Below are positions 9,109-18,894 of a stretch of DNA of 64,000 bases, one piece after another (the first letter of the stretch is position 1; every line of letters begins with the position of its first letter). The notes under the pieces were generated by a model. The model had not been told where the DNA came from. It saw nothing but the letters and a program-made list of their open reading frames with translations, and did not search any database. A program made the position numbers and the translations under genes. Where the stretch lies: positions 1,536,001 through 1,600,000 of the forward strand of contig CP170459.1 of assembly GCA_047947115.1 (NCBI GenBank). Reading direction: 5' to 3'. The stretch is from Verrucomicrobiota bacterium (GTDB lineage: Bacteria; Verrucomicrobiota; Verrucomicrobiia; Limisphaerales; AAA164-E04).

Positions 9109-9993
9109 TCATGCTTCCCGGAAGACCGGAGTTGGGAGTCCGGAAACGCCGACATCCGCAGAAAACAGTCCTCCTGCCTGAGGTTGTTCCAGGTGTCCGT
9201 TTTCGTCCAGATCACGACTCGCGGTGGTGATGTACAGGGTGCGATAATCGTTGCCTCCAAAGCAGCATGCAGTGACGCATTCCACCGGTAATTCCACTTT
9301 GCCGAGCAATTCGCCTGTCCTCGGGTTCCAACATCCCACACCCCATCCCGCCCAGAGCGCGACCCATAAGTTTCCGTTGGCATCAATGGTCATGCCGTCC
9401 GGATACCCCATGTCTTTTGGGATTTCGATGGCATGCCTGCGATTGCAGATTTCACCTGTTTCGGGGTCAAAATCGAAAGCATCCACATGACGGGTCGGTG
9501 TGTCGATGTAAAACATGGTGTGATGATCCTGAGACCAAGCTAGTCCGTTTGAAATGGTAACGGATTCGACTGTTTTTTTGATCTCGCCGTCTTTTGTTAT
9601 GCGGTAAAGGCTGCCTGCGCCTTCCTCTTCCTTGCAGGACATGGTCCCCGCCCAGAGTCGGCCCTGCGGATCACATTTGCCATCGTTGAATCGATTGTCC
9701 GGCAGTCCCGGTTCAGGGTTCTGCAGGGGAGTGGTCTTTCCTGTGGCCGGGTCCAGCCGCATGAGGCCCGACTGGGTTCCTGCCAGCAACTGGCCTTTGG
9801 AAGTTCGAACCACACAGCCTACCCGTTGACTCAGCGCCCAGGTTTCGTTGCGATGTTCTTTTGGGTAGAATCGGCAGATTTTTCCCTGTTCGATATCAAC
9901 CCAAACGATTGCCTGAAGGTTTTCATCCCAACCGGGGCCTTCGGCCAGGGTGGCTTTGCCGTCAAAAATGCATGATGCCTGATAGGTTTGCAT
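9109..9993 (-). CDS. SMP-30/gluconolactonase/LRE family sugar lactonase
   Basis: LAEGPGWD, NRFNDGKCDPQGRLWAGTM, ISNGLAWS, PDGMTID; start at ATG 9993. Confidence 0.93.
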   Translation of the reverse strand: MQTYQASCIFDGKATLAEGPGWDENLQAIVWVDIEQGKICRFYPKEHRNETWALSQRVGCVVRTSKGQLLAGTQSGLMRLDPATGKTTPLQNPEPGLPDNRFNDGKCDPQGRLWAGTMSCKEEEGAGSLYRITKDGEIKKTVESVTISNGLAWSQDHHTMFYIDTPTRHVDAFDFDPETGEICNRRHAIEIPKDMGYPDGMTIDANGNLWVALWAGWGVGCWNPRTGELLGKVELPVECVTACCFGGNDYRTLYITTASRDLDENGHLEQPQAGGLFSADVGVSGLPTPVFREA

Positions 9994-10093
9994 GGGATTT
10001 GTTTTAGAGATTTGAAGCCGAGCCTGCAAGTTCGGGCTGGTAAAATGAATAAGCTGGCAAAAACTTCCGAACAATTTTATGGATAGTTCCAAT

Positions 10094-10954
10094 ATGCGTG
10101 TTTGCAGATTTGTTACCGGAGACAATGATTCACCTCGAATTGGGGTGGTGAATGAAAATAATCAGGTCATTGATGTGACTTCCAATGGGATAGAAAACCT
10201 GGCTGTCCTTTTTCACAGTTCCAGAAGAGCTGCGTTATTGGAGAAATTGAACCGGGCTTCGGTGAGTGGATTTTCGCTGGCGGATGTGCGTCTTTTGGCT
10301 CCTGTGGACAAACAGGAGGTATGGGCGGCTGGAGTGACTTATTTGCGTAGCAAAACCGCCAGAATGGAGGAGTCTGACTTCAGTGCCACGGCCTATGACA
10401 AGGTTTACGACGCGCCTCGTCCAGAGATTTTCTTCAAATCATTGCCGGAGAAGGTGGTGGCTGCAGGTGATCCCGTAGGGATTCGTAAGGATGCCTCGTG
10501 GAACGTTCCCGAACCTGAGTTGGCGTTGGTCTTGGATTCTGAAGGACGGATCGCGGGGTACTCGATTGGCAATGACATGAGTTCTCGGGATATCGAGGGT
10601 GAAAACCTGCTTTATCTTCCTCAGGCCAAGATGTATGACAGCAGCTGTTCACTCGGGCCATGGTTGGTGCTTGGTCCGGATGAAGAGACTGTGCGTGGCT
10701 GGACGATAGGAGTCAGCATTCACAGAAGCGGCAAGATAGTTTTTGAGGGGGAAACCTCCATCAATCAGATCAAGCGTTCATTTGATGAATTGGCGAACTA
10801 CCTGTATCGATCTCAAACATTTACGTCCGGTGCGGTTTTGTTGACCGGAACGGGCGTGGTGCCGGATGATGATTTTACATTGGAGGAAGGTGATCAGGTT
10901 GTGATCAAAGTCTCCGGTGTGGGCGAACTTTCAAACCCGGTTATCCGGGTATGA
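10094..10954 (+). CDS. Fumarylacetoacetate hydrolase family protein, 2-keto-3-deoxy-pentonate dehydratase-like (XylX/KdaD type)
   Basis: EVWAAGVTY, RPEIFFK, PEPELAL, GNDMSSRDIEGENLLYLPQAK, LLTGTG. Confidence 0.88.
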   Translation: MRVCRFVTGDNDSPRIGVVNENNQVIDVTSNGIENLAVLFHSSRRAALLEKLNRASVSGFSLADVRLLAPVDKQEVWAAGVTYLRSKTARMEESDFSATAYDKVYDAPRPEIFFKSLPEKVVAAGDPVGIRKDASWNVPEPELALVLDSEGRIAGYSIGNDMSSRDIEGENLLYLPQAKMYDSSCSLGPWLVLGPDEETVRGWTIGVSIHRSGKIVFEGETSINQIKRSFDELANYLYRSQTFTSGAVLLTGTGVVPDDDFTLEEGDQVVIKVSGVGELSNPVIRV

Positions 10955-11109
10955 AATGGTTCTGACTGTGTAAAAGAAGCTTTTGACACTTTGTCTCGTG
11001 TAGTACATCTCCTCCTCGCCTCTTGACCGGATGCAGCCGGTGGACTTTTGTGAGTTTCGGACGGTTTCCTTTCGGGCAGGCTGTCTCTACCGCATGTAAA
11101 CCAAGGAAT

Positions 11110-11874
11110 ATGAATACAAAAAATACACTTAAAAGCGCCATTCAATGGCTTGCGGCCATTGTTCTAATCACCGGTATGCAATCTTCTTCGCTGCGTGCGG
11201 CGGAAGAGCCTGAAGCGGCCGAAAAACCAAAGTGGGAAACCAACGCTTCCGTCGGTTTTACCCTGACTCAGGGGAACAATGACACCTTGTTGGCCACGGC
11301 GAGTATTCTGGGGTTGAAAAAGTGGGAAATGAACGAACTGAGTCTGGGGGCTGATGCCAGCATCGGTGAAGTCGAAGGTGTCAAGAACAACGAAACCTTG
11401 CGCGGGTTCAGCCAATACAACCGCTTGTTCACCAACGATCGGACCTATGCATTGATCAATACGTCCATCCTTCACGATGCGATCGCAGACGTCGATTACC
11501 GTTTCACGGTCAGTCCTGGTTTGGGTCATTATTTCTTCAAGGGTGACAAATTTGAACTCAGCGGGGAACTTGGTCCGGGTTTTGTTGCTGAAGAAGTGGG
11601 CGGAGTGACCGACCAGTATATGTCACTGCGTCTCGCCGAATCCGCCAAATATAAAATCAGCGACCGAGCCAGAATGTGGCAAAAGATCGAATACGTGCCC
11701 CAGGTTGATCAGTTTTCCAACTACTTGATTGTTGCTGAAATTGGGGTGGATTCTGATTTGACCGAGAAACTCGGTTTGCGTCTTACCCTCCAGGATGTGT
11801 TCGATAATGAACCTGCAGCAGGGCGTAAAAGCAATGATCTCAAGGTGGTTTCAAGCTTGCGCTACAAGTTTTGA
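11110..11874 (+). CDS. DUF481 family outer-membrane beta-barrel protein
   Basis: Signal peptide; 'W...ASVGFTLTQGNNDT'; amphipathic strands; ends 'DNEPAAGRKSND...LRYKF'. Confidence 0.85.
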   Translation: MNTKNTLKSAIQWLAAIVLITGMQSSSLRAAEEPEAAEKPKWETNASVGFTLTQGNNDTLLATASILGLKKWEMNELSLGADASIGEVEGVKNNETLRGFSQYNRLFTNDRTYALINTSILHDAIADVDYRFTVSPGLGHYFFKGDKFELSGELGPGFVAEEVGGVTDQYMSLRLAESAKYKISDRARMWQKIEYVPQVDQFSNYLIVAEIGVDSDLTEKLGLRLTLQDVFDNEPAAGRKSNDLKVVSSLRYKF

Positions 11875-11940
11875 TGTAAAGCCGGAAAGGTCTTCTTTGG
11901 GATTCAGTCCCCGACATTCTACATTGTCCTATATTTGTTG

Positions 11941-12633
11941 ATGACAAAGGTCCGTTATACACAAGTCATTCCCGTTTGCCTCGTGGTCCTGTTGGGCGCC
12001 ACTTTGTTGGTTGGTACTGGTTGCCGCACAGGTTACTACGCTGTCATGGAGAAATTTGGGAAGCACAAACGGGATCTTTTGAGACAGTCGCTGACCGATG
12101 CCAGCGAGCAACAGCGTGAAGTGGAGCAGCAGTTCAAAGACGCGCTGACAAGATTGCAGGAACTGACAGGAGCCTCCGGTGGAGAACTGGAGGAAAGGTA
12201 TCAGTCCTTCACAAAGGAATACGAGAAAAGCCGCACTCAGTCGGAAGGTGTTGCAGCGCATATTCTTGAAGTGGAGCATGTTGCCAGGGATTTGTTCAAT
12301 GAGTGGGAAACCGAGTTGGGGGAAATTCAAAGCAGCACTCTCAAGCAGAAGAGTCGGTCAAAGCTTCTCGAGACCCAGGCCCGATTTGAGAAAATGCGTC
12401 TGTCCCTTTTGAAATCGGAACAAGCCATGGAGCCTGTTCTGATTCAAATGAAAGATTATGTACTGTATTTGAAGCACAATCTGAATGCTCAGGCCATAGG
12501 ATCCCTGAAAGACGAAACCTTCCGAATAGAAGCCGAAATCACCCAACTTATCTCTGAAATGAACCGCTCTATTGAGGAAACAGAACAATTTATTCTAATT
12601 TTGGAAAATGAAGCTGGCACAACAGATCGATAA
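11941..12633 (+). CDS. DUF2959 family lipoprotein
   Basis: Lipobox GTGC followed by 'YYAVMEKFGKHKRDLL'; 'VLYLKHNLNAQAIGSL'. Confidence 0.88.
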   Translation: MTKVRYTQVIPVCLVVLLGATLLVGTGCRTGYYAVMEKFGKHKRDLLRQSLTDASEQQREVEQQFKDALTRLQELTGASGGELEERYQSFTKEYEKSRTQSEGVAAHILEVEHVARDLFNEWETELGEIQSSTLKQKSRSKLLETQARFEKMRLSLLKSEQAMEPVLIQMKDYVLYLKHNLNAQAIGSLKDETFRIEAEITQLISEMNRSIEETEQFILILENEAGTTDR

Positions 12634-12730
12634 ATTGCGCGGTCTGCTCCGACAGTTGGAGGAACAGTAAGAATGGTTTAACTCAGACGCTATGCTAGGG
12701 CTAGTTTAGTTTTTGAACCTTAGACAAGAT

Positions 12731-13670
12731 ATAAACAATTTAAAGAAGCTAATCAAAATCCGTGCCTTTTAAGCTACCTTCGCACTTATGCTGGCTTGTG
12801 CTGGATTCATTGGGCTTGCCAACGGGCAGGCAGTAATAAACGAAAGACGCAATCAATCGTCTTCGTTCGATCAGGCAAAAGGTGACTACTACAAAGGCCG
12901 GTCGCCTTTCATCAAAAGGCTCTTTGGTGGAGGTTCCGATGAGGAACCCGAACCCGAACCGACCCGCCAGCCAGCACCTTTTGTTTATGAATATCGAGTC
13001 ATTAATCTGACTTCCTACCCCGTTCATCAAGTCATAGTGATGGACAGAGTTACTGACCATTTTAAGACGACGGACGCCGATCCTGATCCCGCCAATCTTA
13101 GCGATGGGGTGGCCACCTGGAATCTGGGTGAAATGGGCGCTCGTGAAACGCGGATCATCAAGGTCAGCGGCACAGCTCCAGAAGAAGGCACGATCAGAAC
13201 ATGTGGATGTGCGACTTACAGCCCGATCCTCTGCGAACCCATTCGAGTTGTCAAAGCTGACCAGCAACTGGTCAAGGAAGGTCCGGCAAATGTGACACTG
13301 TGTGACCCCATTCTCTACACAGTCCGTGTCACAAACACGGGTAGCAGTGTTCTTACGGGAGTTCGTATCACGGATGAGATGGAAGAAGGCTTGACCACCA
13401 ATGGCTACCGCAGTGCCTTTGCAGATATGGGGATATTGCGTCCGGGTGAAACGAGAACGTTCAACCTGTAAGCCAAGGCCTCCAGGACCGGCGAGTTCAC
13501 CAGTATGACGAAAGTTGTCACCGCTCAAGGTGTCGAAGCCCAGGATCAGGTAGTCAGTCACCAAGGCGACCGCACCGTTTCTGTCGATCACATGCACAAC
13601 TGACGAAGAACGTTTCGTCGGCCGTCCGATCCAAGCCTGCTTCACCCTCACCAACCAGGGACCCACCGCT
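12731..13670 (+). pseudogene. Decayed DUF11-repeat / chlamydial OmcB-like cysteine-containing envelope protein
   Basis: DUF11 repeats (YTVRVTNTG..LTGVRITD). In-frame TAA at 12770 and 13469, a 4-bp duplication gtca-gtca at 13553-13560 causing a frameshift, and truncation into a terminator. Confidence 0.8.
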
Positions 13671-13701
13671 GCCGGCAGTCATGCACTGCCGGCTTCTTTT
13701 T
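13671..13701 (+). terminator. Intrinsic terminator
   Basis: gccggcagt-catgc-actgccggc followed by ttcttttt. Confidence 0.75.
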
Positions 13702-13821
13702 GTTTGGATGTCGCGCTTGTATTTTTTTTGTAAACACCTTTGAATGGTTTTAATCCAGACGTCAACCGAATCGGCATGAAGGTTGTCTTCGGAGTCTTTA
13801 AGCATGAATCTCAGGTTTCCT

Positions 13822-16800
13822 ATGAACAATCGCACTAATTCGATGACACATCTGGCGTCCACTCTGGTAGGGGTCCTGGCCGGTATGATGGCTTTCGCCT
13901 CCATCCAGGCTCAGACACCTTCTCCTTATGCATTTCATTTGAAGGAGAACGACAGGATTGCCTTTATCGGGGACACCTTGTTGGAGCGTGAGCAGATCTG
14001 GGGGCAGCTGGAAACGCGCCTGACTGTCCGGTATCCGCATCAGAACCTTGTGTTCAGGAATCTGTCCTGGAGCGGAGACAATCCCGCCGGCCAATCGAGA
14101 GCGAGTTTTGATTGGAGCAAACCCAGGGATACCTGGCAGGACTTGATTTTGAAAGAAGTGGAAACCTTCCGTCCCACTGTGGTTATGTTGGGTTATGGAA
14201 TGGCTTCTTCATTGGAGGGGCGTGCCGCGCTTCCGCAGTTTCGATTGGACATGAACCGTCTGCTCGACCGCATACAGCAAGTCGTCAAACAGAACAACCC
14301 GGTTCGATTTGTGTTTTTGGGTCCCATGCGTCATGAATTCATGGGCGGCGACCTGCCGGATCCCCAGGCGCATAATCAGGATGTGAGACTCTTTGCGAAT
14401 GCCATTCAAGCCATTGCGAACGAACGGCAACAACCGTTCATCGATCTTTTCAACGGGCTGGGGGATGGACGATCGGATGCATTCAAGCGGTCTTTCACGC
14501 AAAACGGCATTCATCCCACTCCTTATGGATATGCCAGGATCGCTGATTTGTATCAGCAGGTGATGGATTGTGAACCTTGGCCCTGGAAGCTTGATGTTAC
14601 ATCGGAAGGAGAAGTCGGAGCGGCTTCCAGAGGTCTTCAGGTATTCAATATGCAGGCTGGTGATGATGGTATCCGTTTTGAGGTGCGGGATGATCAACTG
14701 CCGTACCCCAACATGGATGAGGATGATGTTGTTTATCCATCTTCTCTGGCCTCGCGCATGATTCGGTTCACGGGTTTGGATGCCGGGACGTATGCTTTGA
14801 AGATAGATGGAAGGATATACGCAGTAAGAACAAGTTCGCAATGGGCACAAGGACAGGCCTTTCAACGTGGCCCTCAGTTCGACCAAGCCGAAGCCCTGAG
14901 AGGCATGGTGGTGGAAAAGAACGAACTGTTTTTCCATAGATTCCGACCACAAAATCAGACCTATCTCTTTGGATTCCGCAAACACGAGCAAGGCCAGAAT
15001 GCTGTGGAGATTCCCCAGTTTGATCCATTGATCGATGAAAAGGAACTGGCGATTCATGCGCTTGCCATCCCCAAACGGCATGCTTACGAACTGATGAAAG
15101 TGGATCATGGGGTGAATGAAGCAAACGCATTGGCCTGGCGCTTGCCGGAGCCGGTTGTGCCTGAAACGCGGTCCAATTTGGGCGAGCCCATCCGGACATT
15201 GAACGCCAGTCAACATCCGGATTTTCAGCTTTCACCCGAGGTGGAAATGACCCTTTACGCCGAAACCCCCATGTTGAGCAAACCAATCCAGATCAATTTC
15301 GATCCGGAAGGGCGGTTGTGGGTGGCCGGTTCGAAATTGTATCCTCAAATCAAACCCGGTCAGGAAGCTGATGATCAGATCCTGGTGTTAGAAGATACTA
15401 ATCGGGACGGTATCGCGGACCGTACAACGGTCTTTGCCGATGGGTTGTTGATGCCAACCGGGATCGAGCCCGGAGACGGAGGGGCATATGTGGGGCAGAG
15501 CACCCAATTGCTGCATTTGAAGGACACCGATGGTGATGGACGGGCGGATGAGAAGCGCATTGTGTTGTCCGGTTTCGGCACGGAAGACACGCATCACATC
15601 CTGCACACTTTGCGTTGGGGACACGACGGGCAGTTATACATGAACCAGTCGATTTACATTCACAGCCACCTGGAAACCCCGAATGGACTGGTACGATTGA
15701 ATAGTGGCGGGGTGTTGCACTTGCGGCCTTCCACCTTGGAGCTGGATGTTTATTTGCGTGGTTTTTGTAATCCATGGGGACATCAATTTGACTCCTATGG
15801 ACAATCCTTTGTCACCGACGGCGCAGGATTTCAGGGGATTAGTTATGGTGTGCCCGGCGCCATGTATTTTACCTATGCCGGTGCTCGTCGCTTGCTGGAC
15901 AGTGTCAGCCCTGGGGCGTATCCGAAGTTTTGTGGTCTGGAGTTGATTCAAAGCGAACATTGGCCCGAGGAATGGCAGGGGTCTGCCATAACATGTGATT
16001 TTCGCGCTCATCGGATCGTGCGTTTTGCCCTTTCCGAACAGGACGCCGGATATGCGGCGCAAGAGGCCGGTGATTTGGTGCGATCATTGGATGCGACCTT
16101 CCGTCCCATTGATGTGAAGATTGGACCGGACGGCGCCCTTTATGTCGCCGACTGGAGTAATCCCATTATTCAACATGGTGAAGTGGATTTTCGGGATCCA
16201 AGGCGTGACAAAACCACTGGCCGTATTTGGCGGATCAGTTATCGAAATGAACCACTTTTGCCACGGTCCAATCTTACGGCGATGAGCGAAGGCGAGTTGC
16301 TGGATCAGCTTTTAACATCAAATGGATTCAATCAGAAGCAGGCACGCCGGATTCTGACCGAAAAGGGTGAAAGCATTTTTGGTGTTTTAAACGAGTGGAC
16401 ACAAGAACGCAGTACGGAGGAGGAGCAGCTCCAGGCTTTGTGGATGTATCAATCTCTGGACCAGGTCAACCAACCATTGCTGGAAACATTGCTCAAGGCC
16501 AGAGATGGGCGCGTTCGGGCGGCGGCGGTACGTGTGCTTGGATTCTGGTTGCAAGATATCCAGAACCACGAGGCTTGGTTGGAGACCTTGATTGGTGATG
16601 AACACCCGCGTGTGCGTCTGGAAGCGCTTCGGATTTTGCCGAAATTAAACAGTGGTGCCGCAGCTGCTTTGGCACTGAGCGTTCTGGATAAACCGATGGA
16701 TCGATTTGTGGATTACGCACTTTGGTTGACCATGAATGATCTGGCTGATCCCTGGATCGATTCCATTCGGAAGGGACGTTGGGATCCTGAAGGAAAAGAT

Positions 16801-18507
16801 GCCCAGTTGGAGTTTGGCCTGACTGCCATTGACAGCAGCAAAGCCCGTGAGGTGTTGGAGCCCTTGACGCAGGGGATGACAGATGAGGCGTTGGCCAGCG
16901 GGCCGTGGATGGGGCTCATTGCGAAAGCGGGAACAACAGCGCAATTAAATCGAATACTGGGCATCACTCAGGACCTGCAGGCCTCTGCGGGAACTGTGCT
17001 GAAGAGTATTCAATCCCTGAACGAAGCCTCGCGGTTGCGCCAGGCGAAGCCCGATTCGAGTTTGAAAGGGCTTACCAAACTATTTGCTCATTCCGATGAG
17101 CGGGTGCAACTGGCCGCCCTGGAGCTGGCGCGGGAATGGAAGCTGAAGGATGGGTTGAATTCCCTGACAGAAACGGTGGCGGATAAGAACACCTCGCTCC
17201 AAGTCAGGGCTCAAGCTGTGGAGGCCTTGGGCGCCATGGGAGGGCAAGTTGCGTGGGATGCTCTGAAATCTCTGTCTGAAGCAGGCGAATCCTCCTTGAT
17301 CCGGCGCTTGTCGGTTCAATCGCTTGCCAGTTTGAAACCCAAAGAAGCTTTACCTTTCGTTTGGGCAGTCATGAATGATCTGGAATCGGATGCGGAGCTG
17401 GAGGCACTTTGGACTTATCTCATTCAACGACGCAATGTCTTTCAAGTTGTCTCTGGAGCCTTGAAAGATGTCGAGTTGAGCAAAACTGCCGCCCAGGCAG
17501 GGATACGCAGCATTCAGAAAGCCGGCCGCAATGAATCCGAATTATTGCTCGCGCTGGAAAAGGCGGGCTCCCTGGTGTCCGATCAGGATATTCTGGATGT
17601 CGTCATGATGAAACAGATGGCCCAGGCTGCCGAAGAAAAAGGTGATCCCTATCGTGGTGAAAGTGTTTACCGCCGTCTGGAGCTTGCCTGTATTGCTTGT
17701 CATGCCATTGGAGGTGTGGGCGGCCAGGTGGGACCGGACCTGACATCCATTGGGGCGAGTGCACCCACCGATTATCTGGTCGAGTCTCTGTTGGCACCCA
17801 ATGCCAAGATCAAGGAGGGGTATCATACGATTATTGTGGAAACCAAAGACTTCGAGGAATACACAGGGATTCTCCAATCTGAGAATAATGAGGAAATATT
17901 CATTCGGAATGCTGTCAATCAGATCGTGTCTGTTCCCAAAAAAGATGTCAGCCAGAGGATTATGGGGGCTTCCATGATGCCATCAGGCCTCATTGCTACA
18001 TTGACTGAGCAGGAGCAATGGGATCTCATCCGGTTCCTGTCCAAATTGGGGGAACCGGGTCCGTTTGATGCGGCCCGTAACAACATAGCCAGGCGGTGGA
18101 AGCTACGTGCCGGCAAGCACACCGACGAGCAGTTCGGTATCGACAATATCATTGGAGATACCTCCGGACCTGCCTGGAAAATCGCTGATACGCTGGTAGA
18201 TGGGCGTCTGCCTCAGCCGGTCATGGCAGAGGCTTTGCAACTGAGAAATATCAATCAGGTGACTAGTTTGATTGGACTGATGGCAAGCTGTGCTTTTGAA
18301 ACCACCAATGAACCGGTGACGCTCAAGTTCGATGCTCACGAGGACACGCAGATCTGGATCGATGGACGGTCTTTTGAGTTTCATGCCGAGATGATCGTCC
18401 AATTGCCGGCGGGGCAGCATACTTTGGTGATGCAACTCAATCCCAGAAACCTTCCAACCGCTTTGCGTTTGGAAGCTTCCGGAGGTACCTTTGTCATCGG
18501 GCAGTGA
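13822..18507 (+). CDS. PVC-type heme-binding protein: SGNH-like domain + dehydrogenase-like beta-propeller + HEAT repeats + cytochrome c
   Basis: Signal peptide; 'KPIQINFDPEGRLWV', 'DTDGDGRADEK..VLSGFGTEDTHH', 'FRPIDVKIGPDGALYVADW'; HEAT 'DEHPRVRLEALR'; CIACH plus 'VGPDLTSIG' and 'SMMPSGL'. Start uncertain (13804/13822/13843). Confidence 0.92.
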   Translation: MNNRTNSMTHLASTLVGVLAGMMAFASIQAQTPSPYAFHLKENDRIAFIGDTLLEREQIWGQLETRLTVRYPHQNLVFRNLSWSGDNPAGQSRASFDWSKPRDTWQDLILKEVETFRPTVVMLGYGMASSLEGRAALPQFRLDMNRLLDRIQQVVKQNNPVRFVFLGPMRHEFMGGDLPDPQAHNQDVRLFANAIQAIANERQQPFIDLFNGLGDGRSDAFKRSFTQNGIHPTPYGYARIADLYQQVMDCEPWPWKLDVTSEGEVGAASRGLQVFNMQAGDDGIRFEVRDDQLPYPNMDEDDVVYPSSLASRMIRFTGLDAGTYALKIDGRIYAVRTSSQWAQGQAFQRGPQFDQAEALRGMVVEKNELFFHRFRPQNQTYLFGFRKHEQGQNAVEIPQFDPLIDEKELAIHALAIPKRHAYELMKVDHGVNEANALAWRLPEPVVPETRSNLGEPIRTLNASQHPDFQLSPEVEMTLYAETPMLSKPIQINFDPEGRLWVAGSKLYPQIKPGQEADDQILVLEDTNRDGIADRTTVFADGLLMPTGIEPGDGGAYVGQSTQLLHLKDTDGDGRADEKRIVLSGFGTEDTHHILHTLRWGHDGQLYMNQSIYIHSHLETPNGLVRLNSGGVLHLRPSTLELDVYLRGFCNPWGHQFDSYGQSFVTDGAGFQGISYGVPGAMYFTYAGARRLLDSVSPGAYPKFCGLELIQSEHWPEEWQGSAITCDFRAHRIVRFALSEQDAGYAAQEAGDLVRSLDATFRPIDVKIGPDGALYVADWSNPIIQHGEVDFRDPRRDKTTGRIWRISYRNEPLLPRSNLTAMSEGELLDQLLTSNGFNQKQARRILTEKGESIFGVLNEWTQERSTEEEQLQALWMYQSLDQVNQPLLETLLKARDGRVRAAAVRVLGFWLQDIQNHEAWLETLIGDEHPRVRLEALRILPKLNSGAAAALALSVLDKPMDRFVDYALWLTMNDLADPWIDSIRKGRWDPEGKDAQLEFGLTAIDSSKAREVLEPLTQGMTDEALASGPWMGLIAKAGTTAQLNRILGITQDLQASAGTVLKSIQSLNEASRLRQAKPDSSLKGLTKLFAHSDERVQLAALELAREWKLKDGLNSLTETVADKNTSLQVRAQAVEALGAMGGQVAWDALKSLSEAGESSLIRRLSVQSLASLKPKEALPFVWAVMNDLESDAELEALWTYLIQRRNVFQVVSGALKDVELSKTAAQAGIRSIQKAGRNESELLLALEKAGSLVSDQDILDVVMMKQMAQAAEEKGDPYRGESVYRRLELACIACHAIGGVGGQVGPDLTSIGASAPTDYLVESLLAPNAKIKEGYHTIIVETKDFEEYTGILQSENNEEIFIRNAVNQIVSVPKKDVSQRIMGASMMPSGLIATLTEQEQWDLIRFLSKLGEPGPFDAARNNIARRWKLRAGKHTDEQFGIDNIIGDTSGPAWKIADTLVDGRLPQPVMAEALQLRNINQVTSLIGLMASCAFETTNEPVTLKFDAHEDTQIWIDGRSFEFHAEMIVQLPAGQHTLVMQLNPRNLPTALRLEASGGTFVIGQ

Positions 18508-18555
18508 AGGTTGCTTCACTCCGCTACCGTCATAAACGGATTTCAGTGCGACGCT

Positions 18556-18592
18556 GCTCCGCTCCCGACTCCCTGGTTAGCGGAGCTTCTTA
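18556..18592 (+). terminator. Probable terminator hairpin
   Basis: gctccgct (18556-18563) ... agcggagc (18579-18586) then ttctt; long loop. Confidence 0.45.
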
Positions 18593-18662
18593 AAAATGAG
18601 AAGGTATGGAATGTGCTGTATGCTCTGCTGCGGAAGCTGTTTTTATCGAATTCGCTTTCGTG

Positions 18663-18790
18663 CAAACTTGAATGCGGCGATGGTTCCTCAAACAGCTATT
18701 ATCAGCGTCTGATACCAACCCTCCATTCACCTGGAATTTGTGTCATGTCTCTTGGCGGAGACTAGGGAACCATCGCTCCATTCAAGTTTG
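18663..18790. ncRNA. Candidate structured RNA (or MITE-like element): 25-bp closing stem enclosing three hairpins
   Basis: caaacttgaatgcggcgatggttcc (18663-18687) pairs with ggaaccatcgctccattcaagtttg (18766-18790) with two non-Watson-Crick positions; internal hairpins at 18700-18714, 18722-18735 and 18747-18762. Confidence 0.45.
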
Positions 18791-18816
18791 AGACAACCAA
18801 ACTAACGAACGAAAAG

Positions 18817-18894
18817 ATGGATTTTTTATTGGTCATAGGATTTTTGACGGTTGGGATCGTTCTTTATTTTTTGGATCCCACTCGTTCCCTTTGA
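18817..18894 (+). CDS. Putative 25-aa single-pass membrane peptide (MDFLLVIGFLTVGIVLYFLDPTRSL)
   Basis: ATG after an A/C-rich unstructured leader (acaaccaaactaacgaacgaaaag); one clean TM helix; too short for the ORF track. Confidence 0.5.
   Translation: MDFLLVIGFLTVGIVLYFLDPTRSL

Noticed and set aside
13469..13471. Programmed readthrough or selenocysteine in the DUF11 gene
   Set aside because: The stop is TAA and is accompanied by other lesions, which fits decay.
18675..18720. Fluoride (crcB) riboswitch suggested by GGCGATGG...AAAC...CTGAT
   Set aside because: No CGCC to close P1 and no pseudoknot/CUAC end; the GGCGATGGTTCC segment pairs with 18766-18777 instead, and no fluoride-related gene follows.
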